From a candidate division WOR-3 bacterium UBA1063 (GTDB taxonomy: Bacteria > Hydrothermota > Hydrothermia > UBA1063), in NCBI GenBank assembly GCA_002316275.1, contig DCDE01000009.1, positions 15,349-79,348 on the forward strand: DNA of 64,000 bases, read 5' to 3'. A program made the translations under genes and the position numbers. This document shows, piece by piece, positions 53,273 to 62,445 of the stretch (its first letter is position 1; the number at the start of each line of letters is the position of its first letter). Below the pieces are notes generated by a model that saw nothing but the letters and a program-made list of their open reading frames with translations, was not told where the DNA came from and ran no database searches.

Positions 53273-56200
53273 ATGGGTAAGTTATTTATATTTTTTATAT
53301 CTACTGTGTTAACAGGGCAGCCCGTGCGATGGGCGTTGGGTCCGTCCCTTTCTCCCGATGGTCAATATGTTGCTTATTCATATCACGGTGACATATGGGT
53401 GGGTCCAGCTTCAGGTGGTCTTAGCGTTCGGCTAACCACATCCCCGGGGTTTGAAGGGTCACCTAAGTGGTCCCCTGACGGTAAATGGATCGCCTTCGTA
53501 TCTGATGAGAGTGGAACGAGCGAACTTTACATTGTCCCAGCCGATGGAAGCAGCCCTCCTCGACGCATCACCTTTCATCCTGCTTATGAGTATCCCTTGG
53601 CTTTTAGTCGAGACTCAAAGAGTATTTATTTCAGCTCTCAGATGTACGATTTCCGCGGAGGAGTTTATAGAATTTCGATTTTCGGAGGGAATCCTCAGAA
53701 AGTGCTGGATTTCGAAGTGAATAATGTTTCTTTTGTTGATAGTTTTACCATTCTGATTGAAAGGGGAAACGAACCATGGTATAGAAAAGGTTACCGAGGG
53801 CCAGCCGCAGCTGAGCTCTGGCTCTTCGATATGCGGAGTGGCACATTCAAAAGGCTGACAGAGAACAATCTAAGAGATTGTCGTCCTCTATATTCGAAAG
53901 CTTATGGAAAAGTATATTTTCTTTCTAATAGAGCAGAAAATGGTATAACGAACCTATTTGTTATGGACCTCAACGGTGGAAATGTTAAACAACTTACCAA
54001 TTTTAACGAAGAAATTGATTGGGCTTCAATTTCAGATGATGGAAGGAAGATTGTGATGGAATCTTTAGGTGAGCTTTATGTTTATGACTGTACAATAGGT
54101 AAGGTTTCGAAACCCGACATAAGGGTTATTGACGATTTTGACTGTCGTAAAGATGTGGTTTTTGACCTTGCAGGGAATGTGACGGATTTTGCCATATCAC
54201 CGAAAGGGGATGAGCTTGCATTTATAGCGTTGGGTGATGTTTTTTTAATGTGTCTTGATACCTCTTCTACGAAGTATGGAGAAGTCTTTAGAATTACGAA
54301 GACGCCCGCCCCCGAGGCGGACCTTACGTGGTCCCCGGACGGTCAATCCATGTACTTCAGTTCCCTTAGAGACGGGAATTACAACATCTACAAGGCTCGG
54401 CCCAGAAATGCGGAAAGGTTTTCTATGGCGTATTCTTTTTCTGAAGATGCTATCGTATCGGATTATGGGACCGATAGAAAACCTCTCGTATCACCTGACG
54501 GGCGCATGCTGGCATTTATGAAAAGTGGTGGAGCTCTATTTGTAAAAGATCTGAAAGAGGGGAAAATTTTTAGAGTTGGAGATCATAATGATATACTATG
54601 GTATTCATGGTCTCCTGACTCTCGGTGGATTGCTTATAGTAGGACAGAAATGGGACCGAGGGAGGATATTTATATTGCCCGTGCTGAGCCGGATGCAAAG
54701 CCTATTAACATCTCGAATCATCCGAATGATGATTACAAACCCCATTGGACTCGTGATGGCAAGCGGATTTTCTTTGCCTCTCGCAACTACGAAGGGGACT
54801 GGTGGGTAAAATATGCATTTTTGTCCGAAAGTACTTTTAAGGACATCGATAATTTCCTTAAAACGGTAAAAGAATCTGATACTCTTAAGGACCCGTTGAC
54901 GATTCACTTTGACCGGATTAGAGAGAGAACAGTGACGGTCCACAGGTTCAGAGCTTATTATAATTATTATGCAATTTCTCCAAACGGACTGTACATTGCT
55001 GTTCAAGCAGAAGACTTGGGCGGAAATGATCTGTGGATTGTAGACCATACGGGGATAAAGCCAAGAAGGGTAACGGAAGGCAACTTGGAACCCAAGAAAA
55101 TCGAATTTTCTCCAGATGGCTCGTGGGTGGTGTTCTTGTCGGGGAACGGTAAACTTTACAAGACCGAAGTTGAAGGGACAGGGTATGAAGAGATTAGAAC
55201 CAGTGGAAAAGTTTCACTTAGTTATGAAAATCTATATTCTAACTTAATGCGGGAGGGGTGGTGGCTCCTTGAAGATGGCTTCTATGACGAAAAAATGCAC
55301 GGTGCAAACTGGCCAGCAATGTTGGAAAAATATCAGCAGTATGTTCCTTTCGTGAAATCCTATTCGGAGTTTAACAACCTGGTTTCACGGATGCTGGGAG
55401 AATTGAATGCTTCTCATCTTGATATCTGGCAGGAATGGGATGCGCCCCGTGAGAGGTTCGGGGATTTGGGAATAATTGTTGACGACACTTATGCGGGTAC
55501 AGGAGTAAAAATAAAGAGGATTATCAAGGATTCTCCGGCTTTCTTTGCAGGCTTGAGTACCGGTGACATTATAACAAAAATTGGTGATATGGAAATTACC
55601 GATACCGTCCAATTTGGCTATTTCTTGAGAGATACGGAGAACAAAGAGATAGTGATTACTGTTTTAAGAGGTTCAAAGAAGGGGAGTCAAAGCGAAATAA
55701 AACTTAAGCCTGTTTCATACTTTAATGTACTAAATTTACTTTACAAGTCGTGGGTTGAAGGGAATCGCAGATATGTGGATAGTGTGAGTAGTGGTAAATT
55801 TGCTTATATTCACGTGCGGGGAATGGGTGACCAGGATTATTTAGAATTTGAGAAGGATATCTATGAAAATAGAGATAAACAAGGTTTGATCCTTGACATT
55901 AGGTATAATGGTGGAGGGAGTATTCATGACGAGCTCTTAAATTTCCTTCGGAGGACTCACTACATTGTACAAAAAGATAGAGACGAACTTCCTGAGTTCA
56001 ATTCTCTCTTTAGATGGGACAGACCAATTGTCCTGGTTACCAATGAGTTCTGCTTTTCAGATGCCGAAATATTTCCTGCGGGTTTTAAGAAGTTGGGATT
56101 AGGTAAGGTGGTTGGTATGCCTACCTTTGGTGGTGTTATTGGGACTAAAGATCATACCCTTTTTGACGGTAAGACCGTTTTTAGATTGCCCAGCGAGGGC

Positions 56201-56350
56201 TGGTTCTACGATGTTGATGGCCCCAGTCTCGAAAATACACCTGTTGAGCCCGATATTCTTGTGGAAGATGAGATAATTGAAGATAATCTACCAGCGAGTC
56301 GACAGTTAAGGGAAGCGGTGAGAGTTCTTATGGAGATTCTTGGTAACTAA
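53273..56350 (+). CDS. Tricorn-like protease (PD40 beta-propellers + PDZ + S41 peptidase)
   Basis: The 1025-aa product has N-terminal PD40 repeats (SPDGQYVAYS, SPDGKWIAFVSD, SPDGRMLAFM, SPDSRWIAYS, SPDGSWVVF), a PDZ domain (IIKDSPAFFAGLSTGDIITKIGDMEI) and S41 catalytic block LILDIRYNGGGS. Confidence 0.7.
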   Translation: MGKLFIFFISTVLTGQPVRWALGPSLSPDGQYVAYSYHGDIWVGPASGGLSVRLTTSPGFEGSPKWSPDGKWIAFVSDESGTSELYIVPADGSSPPRRITFHPAYEYPLAFSRDSKSIYFSSQMYDFRGGVYRISIFGGNPQKVLDFEVNNVSFVDSFTILIERGNEPWYRKGYRGPAAAELWLFDMRSGTFKRLTENNLRDCRPLYSKAYGKVYFLSNRAENGITNLFVMDLNGGNVKQLTNFNEEIDWASISDDGRKIVMESLGELYVYDCTIGKVSKPDIRVIDDFDCRKDVVFDLAGNVTDFAISPKGDELAFIALGDVFLMCLDTSSTKYGEVFRITKTPAPEADLTWSPDGQSMYFSSLRDGNYNIYKARPRNAERFSMAYSFSEDAIVSDYGTDRKPLVSPDGRMLAFMKSGGALFVKDLKEGKIFRVGDHNDILWYSWSPDSRWIAYSRTEMGPREDIYIARAEPDAKPINISNHPNDDYKPHWTRDGKRIFFASRNYEGDWWVKYAFLSESTFKDIDNFLKTVKESDTLKDPLTIHFDRIRERTVTVHRFRAYYNYYAISPNGLYIAVQAEDLGGNDLWIVDHTGIKPRRVTEGNLEPKKIEFSPDGSWVVFLSGNGKLYKTEVEGTGYEEIRTSGKVSLSYENLYSNLMREGWWLLEDGFYDEKMHGANWPAMLEKYQQYVPFVKSYSEFNNLVSRMLGELNASHLDIWQEWDAPRERFGDLGIIVDDTYAGTGVKIKRIIKDSPAFFAGLSTGDIITKIGDMEITDTVQFGYFLRDTENKEIVITVLRGSKKGSQSEIKLKPVSYFNVLNLLYKSWVEGNRRYVDSVSSGKFAYIHVRGMGDQDYLEFEKDIYENRDKQGLILDIRYNGGGSIHDELLNFLRRTHYIVQKDRDELPEFNSLFRWDRPIVLVTNEFCFSDAEIFPAGFKKLGLGKVVGMPTFGGVIGTKDHTLFDGKTVFRLPSEGWFYDVDGPSLENTPVEPDILVEDEIIEDNLPASRQLREAVRVLMEILGN

Positions 56351-57324
56351 CTCTCAACCATTTCTGAAGAATCGCCGAGGTTTACTACCTTTGCAGAGCC
56401 TTTTAAGTAGGAATCTTTCCCTATTATGGAGGATGTAATGATGATATTTTCTACTTCCGCACGTTCGTTTATAATGGAGTTCTGAATAATGGAGTTGAAG
56501 ATCTTTGCATCGTTCCCAATAGAAACATAGGGTCCGATAAGGCTGTTGCTGATTTCTGCGCCATCTCCTATATAGCAGGGTGGGATAATCAGGGCGTTAG
56601 GGAATTCCTTGATTATACTGTGTTTATGAAGAAGATACTTGTTGGTGGACAATAACGACTCCACTGTGCCGCAGTCACACCATTCTTCAATATAGATTGC
56701 CTTTGGCCGATAATTGCTATTTAGCATATATTGTATAGCGTCGGTAAGTTGGTATTCGCCCTTTGTTTTTATGTCGTTGTTTATGATATAGTTAAGAGCA
56801 TCACGGAGAACAGAGGGGTTCTTAAAAAAGTAGATCCCCGAAATAGCAAGGTCTGACACAAAGTGGTTTGGTTTTTCCACCACTTGCAATACATTTCTGT
56901 CCTGATCGATGACAGCAAGGCCGTAGCGGGACGGATTGTCCACTTTTTTGACGCCCATAAAATCGTTATTAAAATCCTCTTCTCTGAGGGTGATGTCTAT
57001 AATCGTATCCCCGAGTACTATGAGTAATTCTGAATCACCAACTAAATCGAGACCAACCCTAATTGCATGTCCAAGGCCGAGGGGCTGCTCCTGGACTGCA
57101 TAGCTTACTTTGATATGAGGAAATCCCTCTTTTACTGCTTTGAAAATATTTTCGCCGTCAGGAGGGATTACGAGAATGACCTCCTCAGGTTTGTAAGGTA
57201 GTATCCTATCGATAATGTGGAACAAGATGGGCTTTCCTGCAACAGTTATCAACGGTTTTGGGGTGGTTAGTGTATGGGGTCTTAGGCGTGTTCCTTTACC
57301 TCCAACGGGTATCATGGCTTTCAT
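56347..57324 (-). CDS. NDP-sugar pyrophosphorylase (sugar-1-phosphate nucleotidyltransferase with C-terminal left-handed beta-helix)
   Basis: The N-terminus MIPVGGKGTRLRPHTLTTPKPL carries the nucleotidyltransferase G-x-G-T-R motif, and hexapeptide repeats lie at the C-terminus. Its start overlaps the upstream PGI/PMI gene by 4 bp. Confidence 0.75.
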   Translation of the reverse strand: MKAMIPVGGKGTRLRPHTLTTPKPLITVAGKPILFHIIDRILPYKPEEVILVIPPDGENIFKAVKEGFPHIKVSYAVQEQPLGLGHAIRVGLDLVGDSELLIVLGDTIIDITLREEDFNNDFMGVKKVDNPSRYGLAVIDQDRNVLQVVEKPNHFVSDLAISGIYFFKNPSVLRDALNYIINNDIKTKGEYQLTDAIQYMLNSNYRPKAIYIEEWCDCGTVESLLSTNKYLLHKHSIIKEFPNALIIPPCYIGDGAEISNSLIGPYVSIGNDAKIFNSIIQNSIINERAEVENIIITSSIIGKDSYLKGSAKVVNLGDSSEMVES

Positions 57325-58307
57325 TCTGATAATCTCCTTTTTAGTTCTGTTATCCTGGGAATTTGAACGGGGTCTTCATTGTAGAACTTTGCTAAATAAT
57401 AACTCACATAGTCTCCGAGATATATAAGGTAAAAAAGCCTTTCAATGAAATTTGACCCGAAGGAGTCAAGGAATGTGTAACCCTGAATGCTTTCCTCTAT
57501 GAGGTCCTTTGTGATCTTGAACCTGAGTTTTATTCTGGGATTATCTTCCGCATCTTGTATGAATAATGCCCATATAGCTTCGCATCTAATATTGGGATTT
57601 TTTATGCCGTTTATTTCATTGTGATTCATTTCTGGGAATTCCATTGTATGGCAGAAGGCTTTTGCGTTCTCATTAATCTGTGCCTTCCATCGAAGGGCGA
57701 TGGGGTAGAGCGTTGAGGAAGTATATATAGCGGGGATCCTTTTGTAAAACTTCGATGCAATATCAATGGCAAGGGAATCTTCTTTTTCAAAAGAGTTTTG
57801 TAGTTCCCTGAGAAAAGAAGGGATATTTACGAAATCAGATGCCAAGTGCTTTTGAATTATACCGAGTTTATTAAGAAGCATTACAAGTGGTGTAAGCAAA
57901 TAGCCAAGTGCTGTTCGTGGGGGATAACCTTCAGGAATCTTTACGAAGGGTACATTGTAACTATTTGCAAGCTCAAAAAGCTTACCTCCGCTCGTGACTA
58001 CGAAGAGCGAGAGTCCCCTTTTTCTGCCATCTTCAAATGCTGAAAGGGTTTCTTCCGTATTCCCAGAGTAGCTTGAAGCGATTAGAAGATCAGATTTCTC
58101 GGCATAAGAAGGTAAGGAGTAATCTCTAACGACTTCGATGGGAACTTTTGTGTCCAGGGCAATAATCCTTGTAATATCACCTGCAATGGCAGACCCTCCC
58201 ATCCCGCAGACAAATACCCCTAAAGGCTTCGGAATATCAGGAATTTCGTAATTTATTGCCTCTTCTATCTGATCAGGAAGGTTTCTGATCAACTCCAACA
58301 TATCCAT
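57321..58307 (-). CDS. Bifunctional phosphoglucose/phosphomannose isomerase (archaeal-type SIS-domain PGI/PMI)
   Basis: SIS motifs VFVCGMGGSAIAG and LLIASSYSGNTEET are present. The size and architecture match the crenarchaeal-type PGI/PMI family. Confidence 0.65.
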   Translation of the reverse strand: MDMLELIRNLPDQIEEAINYEIPDIPKPLGVFVCGMGGSAIAGDITRIIALDTKVPIEVVRDYSLPSYAEKSDLLIASSYSGNTEETLSAFEDGRKRGLSLFVVTSGGKLFELANSYNVPFVKIPEGYPPRTALGYLLTPLVMLLNKLGIIQKHLASDFVNIPSFLRELQNSFEKEDSLAIDIASKFYKRIPAIYTSSTLYPIALRWKAQINENAKAFCHTMEFPEMNHNEINGIKNPNIRCEAIWALFIQDAEDNPRIKLRFKITKDLIEESIQGYTFLDSFGSNFIERLFYLIYLGDYVSYYLAKFYNEDPVQIPRITELKRRLSE

Positions 58308-59391
58308 TCTTTAAGACCTCCTCATAAATAGTCCTTGCAGCATTTTCCGCTGCACCGGGTTTTAAAATTTGTTTTAAATTTTTAAGCTTTTTTACCGTAT
58401 CAGTGTATAGTTTACTATTGTCAAGGAAACCAATGAGCTTTTGCAGAATTTCCTCTGTGTTTATCTTTTGAACGTACTCGGGGACGGCTTCTTCACCCAA
58501 GATCAGATTTACAAGGCTGATATAGTCAGTTTTAGCGAACATCTTTGCAATGACATAGCTTAAGTACGAGCCTTTATAAATGACAACCATGGGCTTTTCG
58601 AAAAGGCCAGCTTCGAGGGTGGCGGTTCCAGACTTAACGAGAAGGACATCGGAAGCCTTCATTATTGAGTATGGAGAGCCTTCGTAAAATGTGGTATTTT
58701 CGAGAGCCTTAATTTCATATGCTATTTTGCGTGATATGATGAAAAATAGGTCCTTTCTCTTTGAGTTTAATTCGGTGATGATCTCTTCAACATAAGGTAA
58801 TATGCGGTTTATCTCGGAGCCTCTCGAGCCTGGAAGGATACCGATGATCTTCTTGCCTTCAGGAATTTCTATTTCTTCAACATTTTCTCCTTCAGAGACG
58901 TATCTGTCAAAAACTGGGTTCCCACAAAAATGTGCCTTTACATTGTGCTTTTGAAAATATGCCTCTTCAAAAGGAAGGATTGATAATAGGAGGTCAAAGT
59001 CCTTCCTTAGGTTTTTTAATCTCCATGCGCCCCAAGCCCAAACCTGTGGTAGTATATAGTATATATTTTTTTTCCCAATTTTGCGGGTTCTCCTTGCGAG
59101 GCGGAGATTAAAACCAGGGTAATCTACAAAGATACAACAGTCTGCGTGCATTGCATGCTTATAGGCGATTTCGAGCTGGTGGTTAACTGTTGAAATGCTT
59201 TTAATAGCTTCCACGAAGCCGATGATCCCCATTTCGTTGATATCCAGTATGGTCTCAACGCCCTCGTCCCGAAGATAATCTCCACCAATACCTGTAAAAG
59301 TTGCGCTTGGGATGAGTTTCTTTAGCTCCTTTACAAGCGCAGAAGCATGCATATCACCGGAGATCTCACCGCACGAGATGAAAAAATTCAT
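58273..59391 (-). CDS. lpxB: Lipid-A-disaccharide synthase
   Basis: The N-terminus MNFFISCGEISGDMHASALVKELK and the GT19 architecture match. The C-terminal GTATLEAG is present. Confidence 0.85.
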   Translation of the reverse strand: MNFFISCGEISGDMHASALVKELKKLIPSATFTGIGGDYLRDEGVETILDINEMGIIGFVEAIKSISTVNHQLEIAYKHAMHADCCIFVDYPGFNLRLARRTRKIGKKNIYYILPQVWAWGAWRLKNLRKDFDLLLSILPFEEAYFQKHNVKAHFCGNPVFDRYVSEGENVEEIEIPEGKKIIGILPGSRGSEINRILPYVEEIITELNSKRKDLFFIISRKIAYEIKALENTTFYEGSPYSIMKASDVLLVKSGTATLEAGLFEKPMVVIYKGSYLSYVIAKMFAKTDYISLVNLILGEEAVPEYVQKINTEEILQKLIGFLDNSKLYTDTVKKLKNLKQILKPGAAENAARTIYEEVLKNGYVGVDQKPS

Positions 59392-59490
59392 TATTTTCTA
59401 AGTATAAAGAAGCCCAAGCTTTCATTCAAACTTCCATTATTTTTATTTGTTTGTTATTACTATTCCATCCCAATATAATTTAAAAGGTGT

Positions 59491-59566
59491 GGGGCTGTAG
59501 CTCAGTTGGGAGAGCGGTACGTTCGCAACGTACAGGTCGGGGGTTCGAGTCCCCTCAGCTCCACCA
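59491..59566 (+). tRNA. tRNA-Ala(CGC)
   Basis: GGGGCTGTAGCTCAGTTGGGAGAGCGGTACGTTCGCAACGTACAGGTCGGGGGTTCGAGTCCCCTCAGCTCCACCA has the G3:U70 Ala identity pair. The anticodon loop TTCGCAA gives CGC, and CCA is encoded. Confidence 0.9.
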
Positions 59567-59881
59567 TAATCAACAGAATTTGATTCCTAAAGACTTTTGC
59601 AGATGTTTTAGTTCAATTGTAAGTTATTAAGGTTATCTTAAATTTCCTAAATTACAATTTTAGGTTCGGCAGGGTCTGGTTGCAAGGTTGTATTCCAGTA
59701 GTTTACCAGGAAGACAGTAAGATTTTTCATAGTCGAATTGTGTGTGATGTGAGTTGCTGATATATAAGAATTGAAAGTTTTTGGAAGAAAAGAAGGGAAA
59801 GGCTAACTTTTACCCTTGATATTTTGAAAGTTTTATGCAAGATAGGATTAACTTGAAAGGGTTTCTAATACTGCATTAACT

Positions 59882-60877
59882 TTATCTATTAAAGTTACGT
59901 CCTTGGAATGTATTTCGCACTTCGAGTAGCTCCTCGATTTTTTGTACTCCGATGAACTTATTTGAAGTCCATGCCGGCGCGATAAGCCCACTCCGGGCAA
60001 ATCCCTGAAGCCTATGAATAATTACATTAGGACTTAAATGCTCGAGAAATTTTGCTGCAATATCTGCAAATTCATCCACATTTTCAAAGAGCTTTATTTC
60101 ACCTTTTTCATATAAGCTCGCAAGGAGAGTATTTTCAACAACGTAGAGGTGATGTATCTTTATTCCATCTATACCCAGTAGGGAAAGGGATCGTGCGTTT
60201 GACAAGATTTCTTCCTCTGATTCACCTGGCAAACCGATGATAACGTGAGCCAAAACCCTCGTGTTTGGTCTTGCTTTTGCCCTTTTAATTGCATCAATGT
60301 TTTCGGCAACACTGTGCCCTCGATTAAGAAACCTTAAAGTCTCGTCTTTCATAGTCTGGACGCCGAGCTCCAGCCAGAGGTACTTCTCCTTTGCTATATC
60401 CTCGATAAGATCAAGGATTTCATTGGGAACGAGGTCTGGCCTTGTAGAAATAGAAATTCCAACAACTTCATCGAACTTGACGACCGAGCGATAGAGCGCC
60501 TCTAATCTTTTGATGGGCGCGTAGGTATTAGAGAATGCTTGAAAATAGGCAATAAATTTCTTTGCCCCTGTCTGTCTTGAGATAGATTCCATGCCCCTTA
60601 TTAACTGGTCTTCGACGGGAATGTCAGGATCTACGTAACCCGCTCTGGATCCGCCGGCATCGCAAAAGATGCAACCCCCAGTACCAATACTGCCATCCCT
60701 GTTGGGGCATGTAAAACCCGCATCGAGAGCGACTTTATAAACCTTTTCACCAAATAAGCTTTTCAGGTGATAGTTAAAACTATTGTATCTTTTCCCTCCC
60801 CATTCCTCAAACATTTTCTTCTCACCATGGGACAAAAAGGCAGTACCCATCATTCCTGAAGGTTCTAAAAATTTCAA
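59882..60877 (-). CDS. Radical SAM protein, TIGR01212 (YhcC-like) family
   Basis: A second Cys cluster FTCPNRDGSIGTGGCIFCD is characteristic of TIGR01212. The canonical CxxxCxxC motif lies further N-terminal. Confidence 0.75.
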   Translation of the reverse strand: MKFLEPSGMMGTAFLSHGEKKMFEEWGGKRYNSFNYHLKSLFGEKVYKVALDAGFTCPNRDGSIGTGGCIFCDAGGSRAGYVDPDIPVEDQLIRGMESISRQTGAKKFIAYFQAFSNTYAPIKRLEALYRSVVKFDEVVGISISTRPDLVPNEILDLIEDIAKEKYLWLELGVQTMKDETLRFLNRGHSVAENIDAIKRAKARPNTRVLAHVIIGLPGESEEEILSNARSLSLLGIDGIKIHHLYVVENTLLASLYEKGEIKLFENVDEFADIAAKFLEHLSPNVIIHRLQGFARSGLIAPAWTSNKFIGVQKIEELLEVRNTFQGRNFNR

Positions 60878-61436
60878 ACTCCCATTTTTCGGTAAAGTAT
60901 GGCAGTGTACATAGTAGCGCGTCGATATGATGTCTATTCTTTACGATCTCGAGATTCGAGAACCCAAGTTCACTCATTAGTAGCTTCCATTTCTCCAAGA
61001 ATGCTCTTTTCTTTTTTACGTCAAAGACCAGTGTCGCATTTCCAAAGGCGTAACATTCAAAGAAACTATTCTCATCGTAGCTACCGCAATATTTAAAGCC
61101 CTTTCTCTCAAGGAATTCCCTTACCTGGAATCCCTTATAGGGCGAATACATTTTTTCTATTACCTTTCTATTAAAAGGTAATATGGGAATGCCCCTTTCT
61201 GCAAATTTTTTATCACAGAGTCTTGTGCCTTTTTCCTCGTTTAGGTGAAGTGGAGCGTCGATGAAAATGTTCACAATGTTCGGTTCCATGGATGTGAGAA
61301 CTTGATCCAGCTCTTTCATTGTTGTGAAGGTGAAAGTATTTCTTACATACATTTCCTCTAATATTTCAACGCCATAGGATGTGTGGCCCTCTTTCCAGGC
61401 AAGATCTACACCAACGAGTAGTCTATCTGTATACAA
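60822..61436 (-). CDS. Hypothetical protein (possible DUF429-like RNase H-fold)
   Basis: The 204-aa product has N-terminal LLVGVDLAWKEG... followed by acidic residues. I assign no confident family. It overlaps the radical SAM gene by 56 bp. Confidence 0.3.
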   Translation of the reverse strand: MYTDRLLVGVDLAWKEGHTSYGVEILEEMYVRNTFTFTTMKELDQVLTSMEPNIVNIFIDAPLHLNEEKGTRLCDKKFAERGIPILPFNRKVIEKMYSPYKGFQVREFLERKGFKYCGSYDENSFFECYAFGNATLVFDVKKKRAFLEKWKLLMSELGFSNLEIVKNRHHIDALLCTLPYFTEKWEFEIFRTFRNDGYCLFVPW

Positions 61437-62445
61437 AAACGGCTTTTTTCTCCCTTACATATTCTCCAGCTTTAACAACAATAATGTACCTACCCTGTGG
61501 AACAAAATTCCCGCTCTGGTTTTTCAGATCCCAATCGAAGGAATATTTACTACCTGGCTCGGCATTTTGTGTTACGAATCTCTTTACAAGTTCGCCCCGT
61601 TCCGTATAGATAGCTATATCTAAATTTGTGTAGTCTGTGACTGAAACCTCTATCCTTATTGTTTCGCCGATCCTTGCACTCCTCTGAGAAAGATCAAAAG
61701 CGGAAATTTTGAGAACCTGTTCTTCGGTGTAAATTGTATCGGTAACATCTACAGGTCTTACGCCTTCGTCGGGAATTCCGTCGCCGTCCGAGTCTAAAGT
61801 TATTTGAACGATCTTTCTTATAGCAGATGCCTGATAGGGGCGGACTGAAGGATTATCAGGTGCCGATTCAACTCCACCTTCGTTGTCCGACCCGGCTATT
61901 ACTGAAACCGCCTTGATACTGGCGCCCTGTGGTATTCCTTCAGGAAAAAGAGAAGTAAATGGCAGTGCTACTTCGATCCCGCCGGAATCTCCTGAGATTG
62001 CACGATTTTGAGTGAGAACGCCAGGGAACGGTACCGTCCTCACTTTATTATTGACAATTTCCCCTGTTATTGTTCTTACACCACCCGTTCCAAGGTCTGC
62101 ATTCCACAGAGCTATAAGAATATCTGCATTCATACCAAAAAACTGGAAGTTTCTTGGATACCAGTCCAGATTATTAATGTCGTGTACTCCCTTTCCTACC
62201 CCTCTATCAAGTACGACAAGTAGAGCTTTGTTCTGCACCTTATAGCTTGCCCCCACATAAAGGTAGTTGGCATCCCATGTCATATAGATGCTGTAGATTT
62301 CGTTACCGGTGACCGCGCAATCGTTGGGAGCGTCGGGTATTACAGACTCATCGAGAGTCCAGTCTTCTAAATTCCCATCCACTTGAATGGTTTTATAAGT
62401 TAAGTTACCAATGAGAAATAGAGTTAGAAAGAGATTCACCATCAA
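61423..62445 (-). CDS. Secreted DOMON/CBM9-like protein with a C-terminal FlgD-Ig/Por-tail-like domain
   Basis: RBS GGAGGA is present. The signal is MMVNLFLTLFLIG. The VDGNLEDW...YMTWDANYLYV region is paralogous to the C-domain of the ORF at 19768..21144 (VDGNLSDW...GHDERNLYIAV). The C-terminus is ...GRYIIVVKAGEYVREKKAVFVYR. It is coupled (4-bp overlap) to the upstream SBP gene. Confidence 0.5.
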   Translation of the reverse strand: MMVNLFLTLFLIGNLTYKTIQVDGNLEDWTLDESVIPDAPNDCAVTGNEIYSIYMTWDANYLYVGASYKVQNKALLVVLDRGVGKGVHDINNLDWYPRNFQFFGMNADILIALWNADLGTGGVRTITGEIVNNKVRTVPFPGVLTQNRAISGDSGGIEVALPFTSLFPEGIPQGASIKAVSVIAGSDNEGGVESAPDNPSVRPYQASAIRKIVQITLDSDGDGIPDEGVRPVDVTDTIYTEEQVLKISAFDLSQRSARIGETIRIEVSVTDYTNLDIAIYTERGELVKRFVTQNAEPGSKYSFDWDLKNQSGNFVPQGRYIIVVKAGEYVREKKAVFVYR

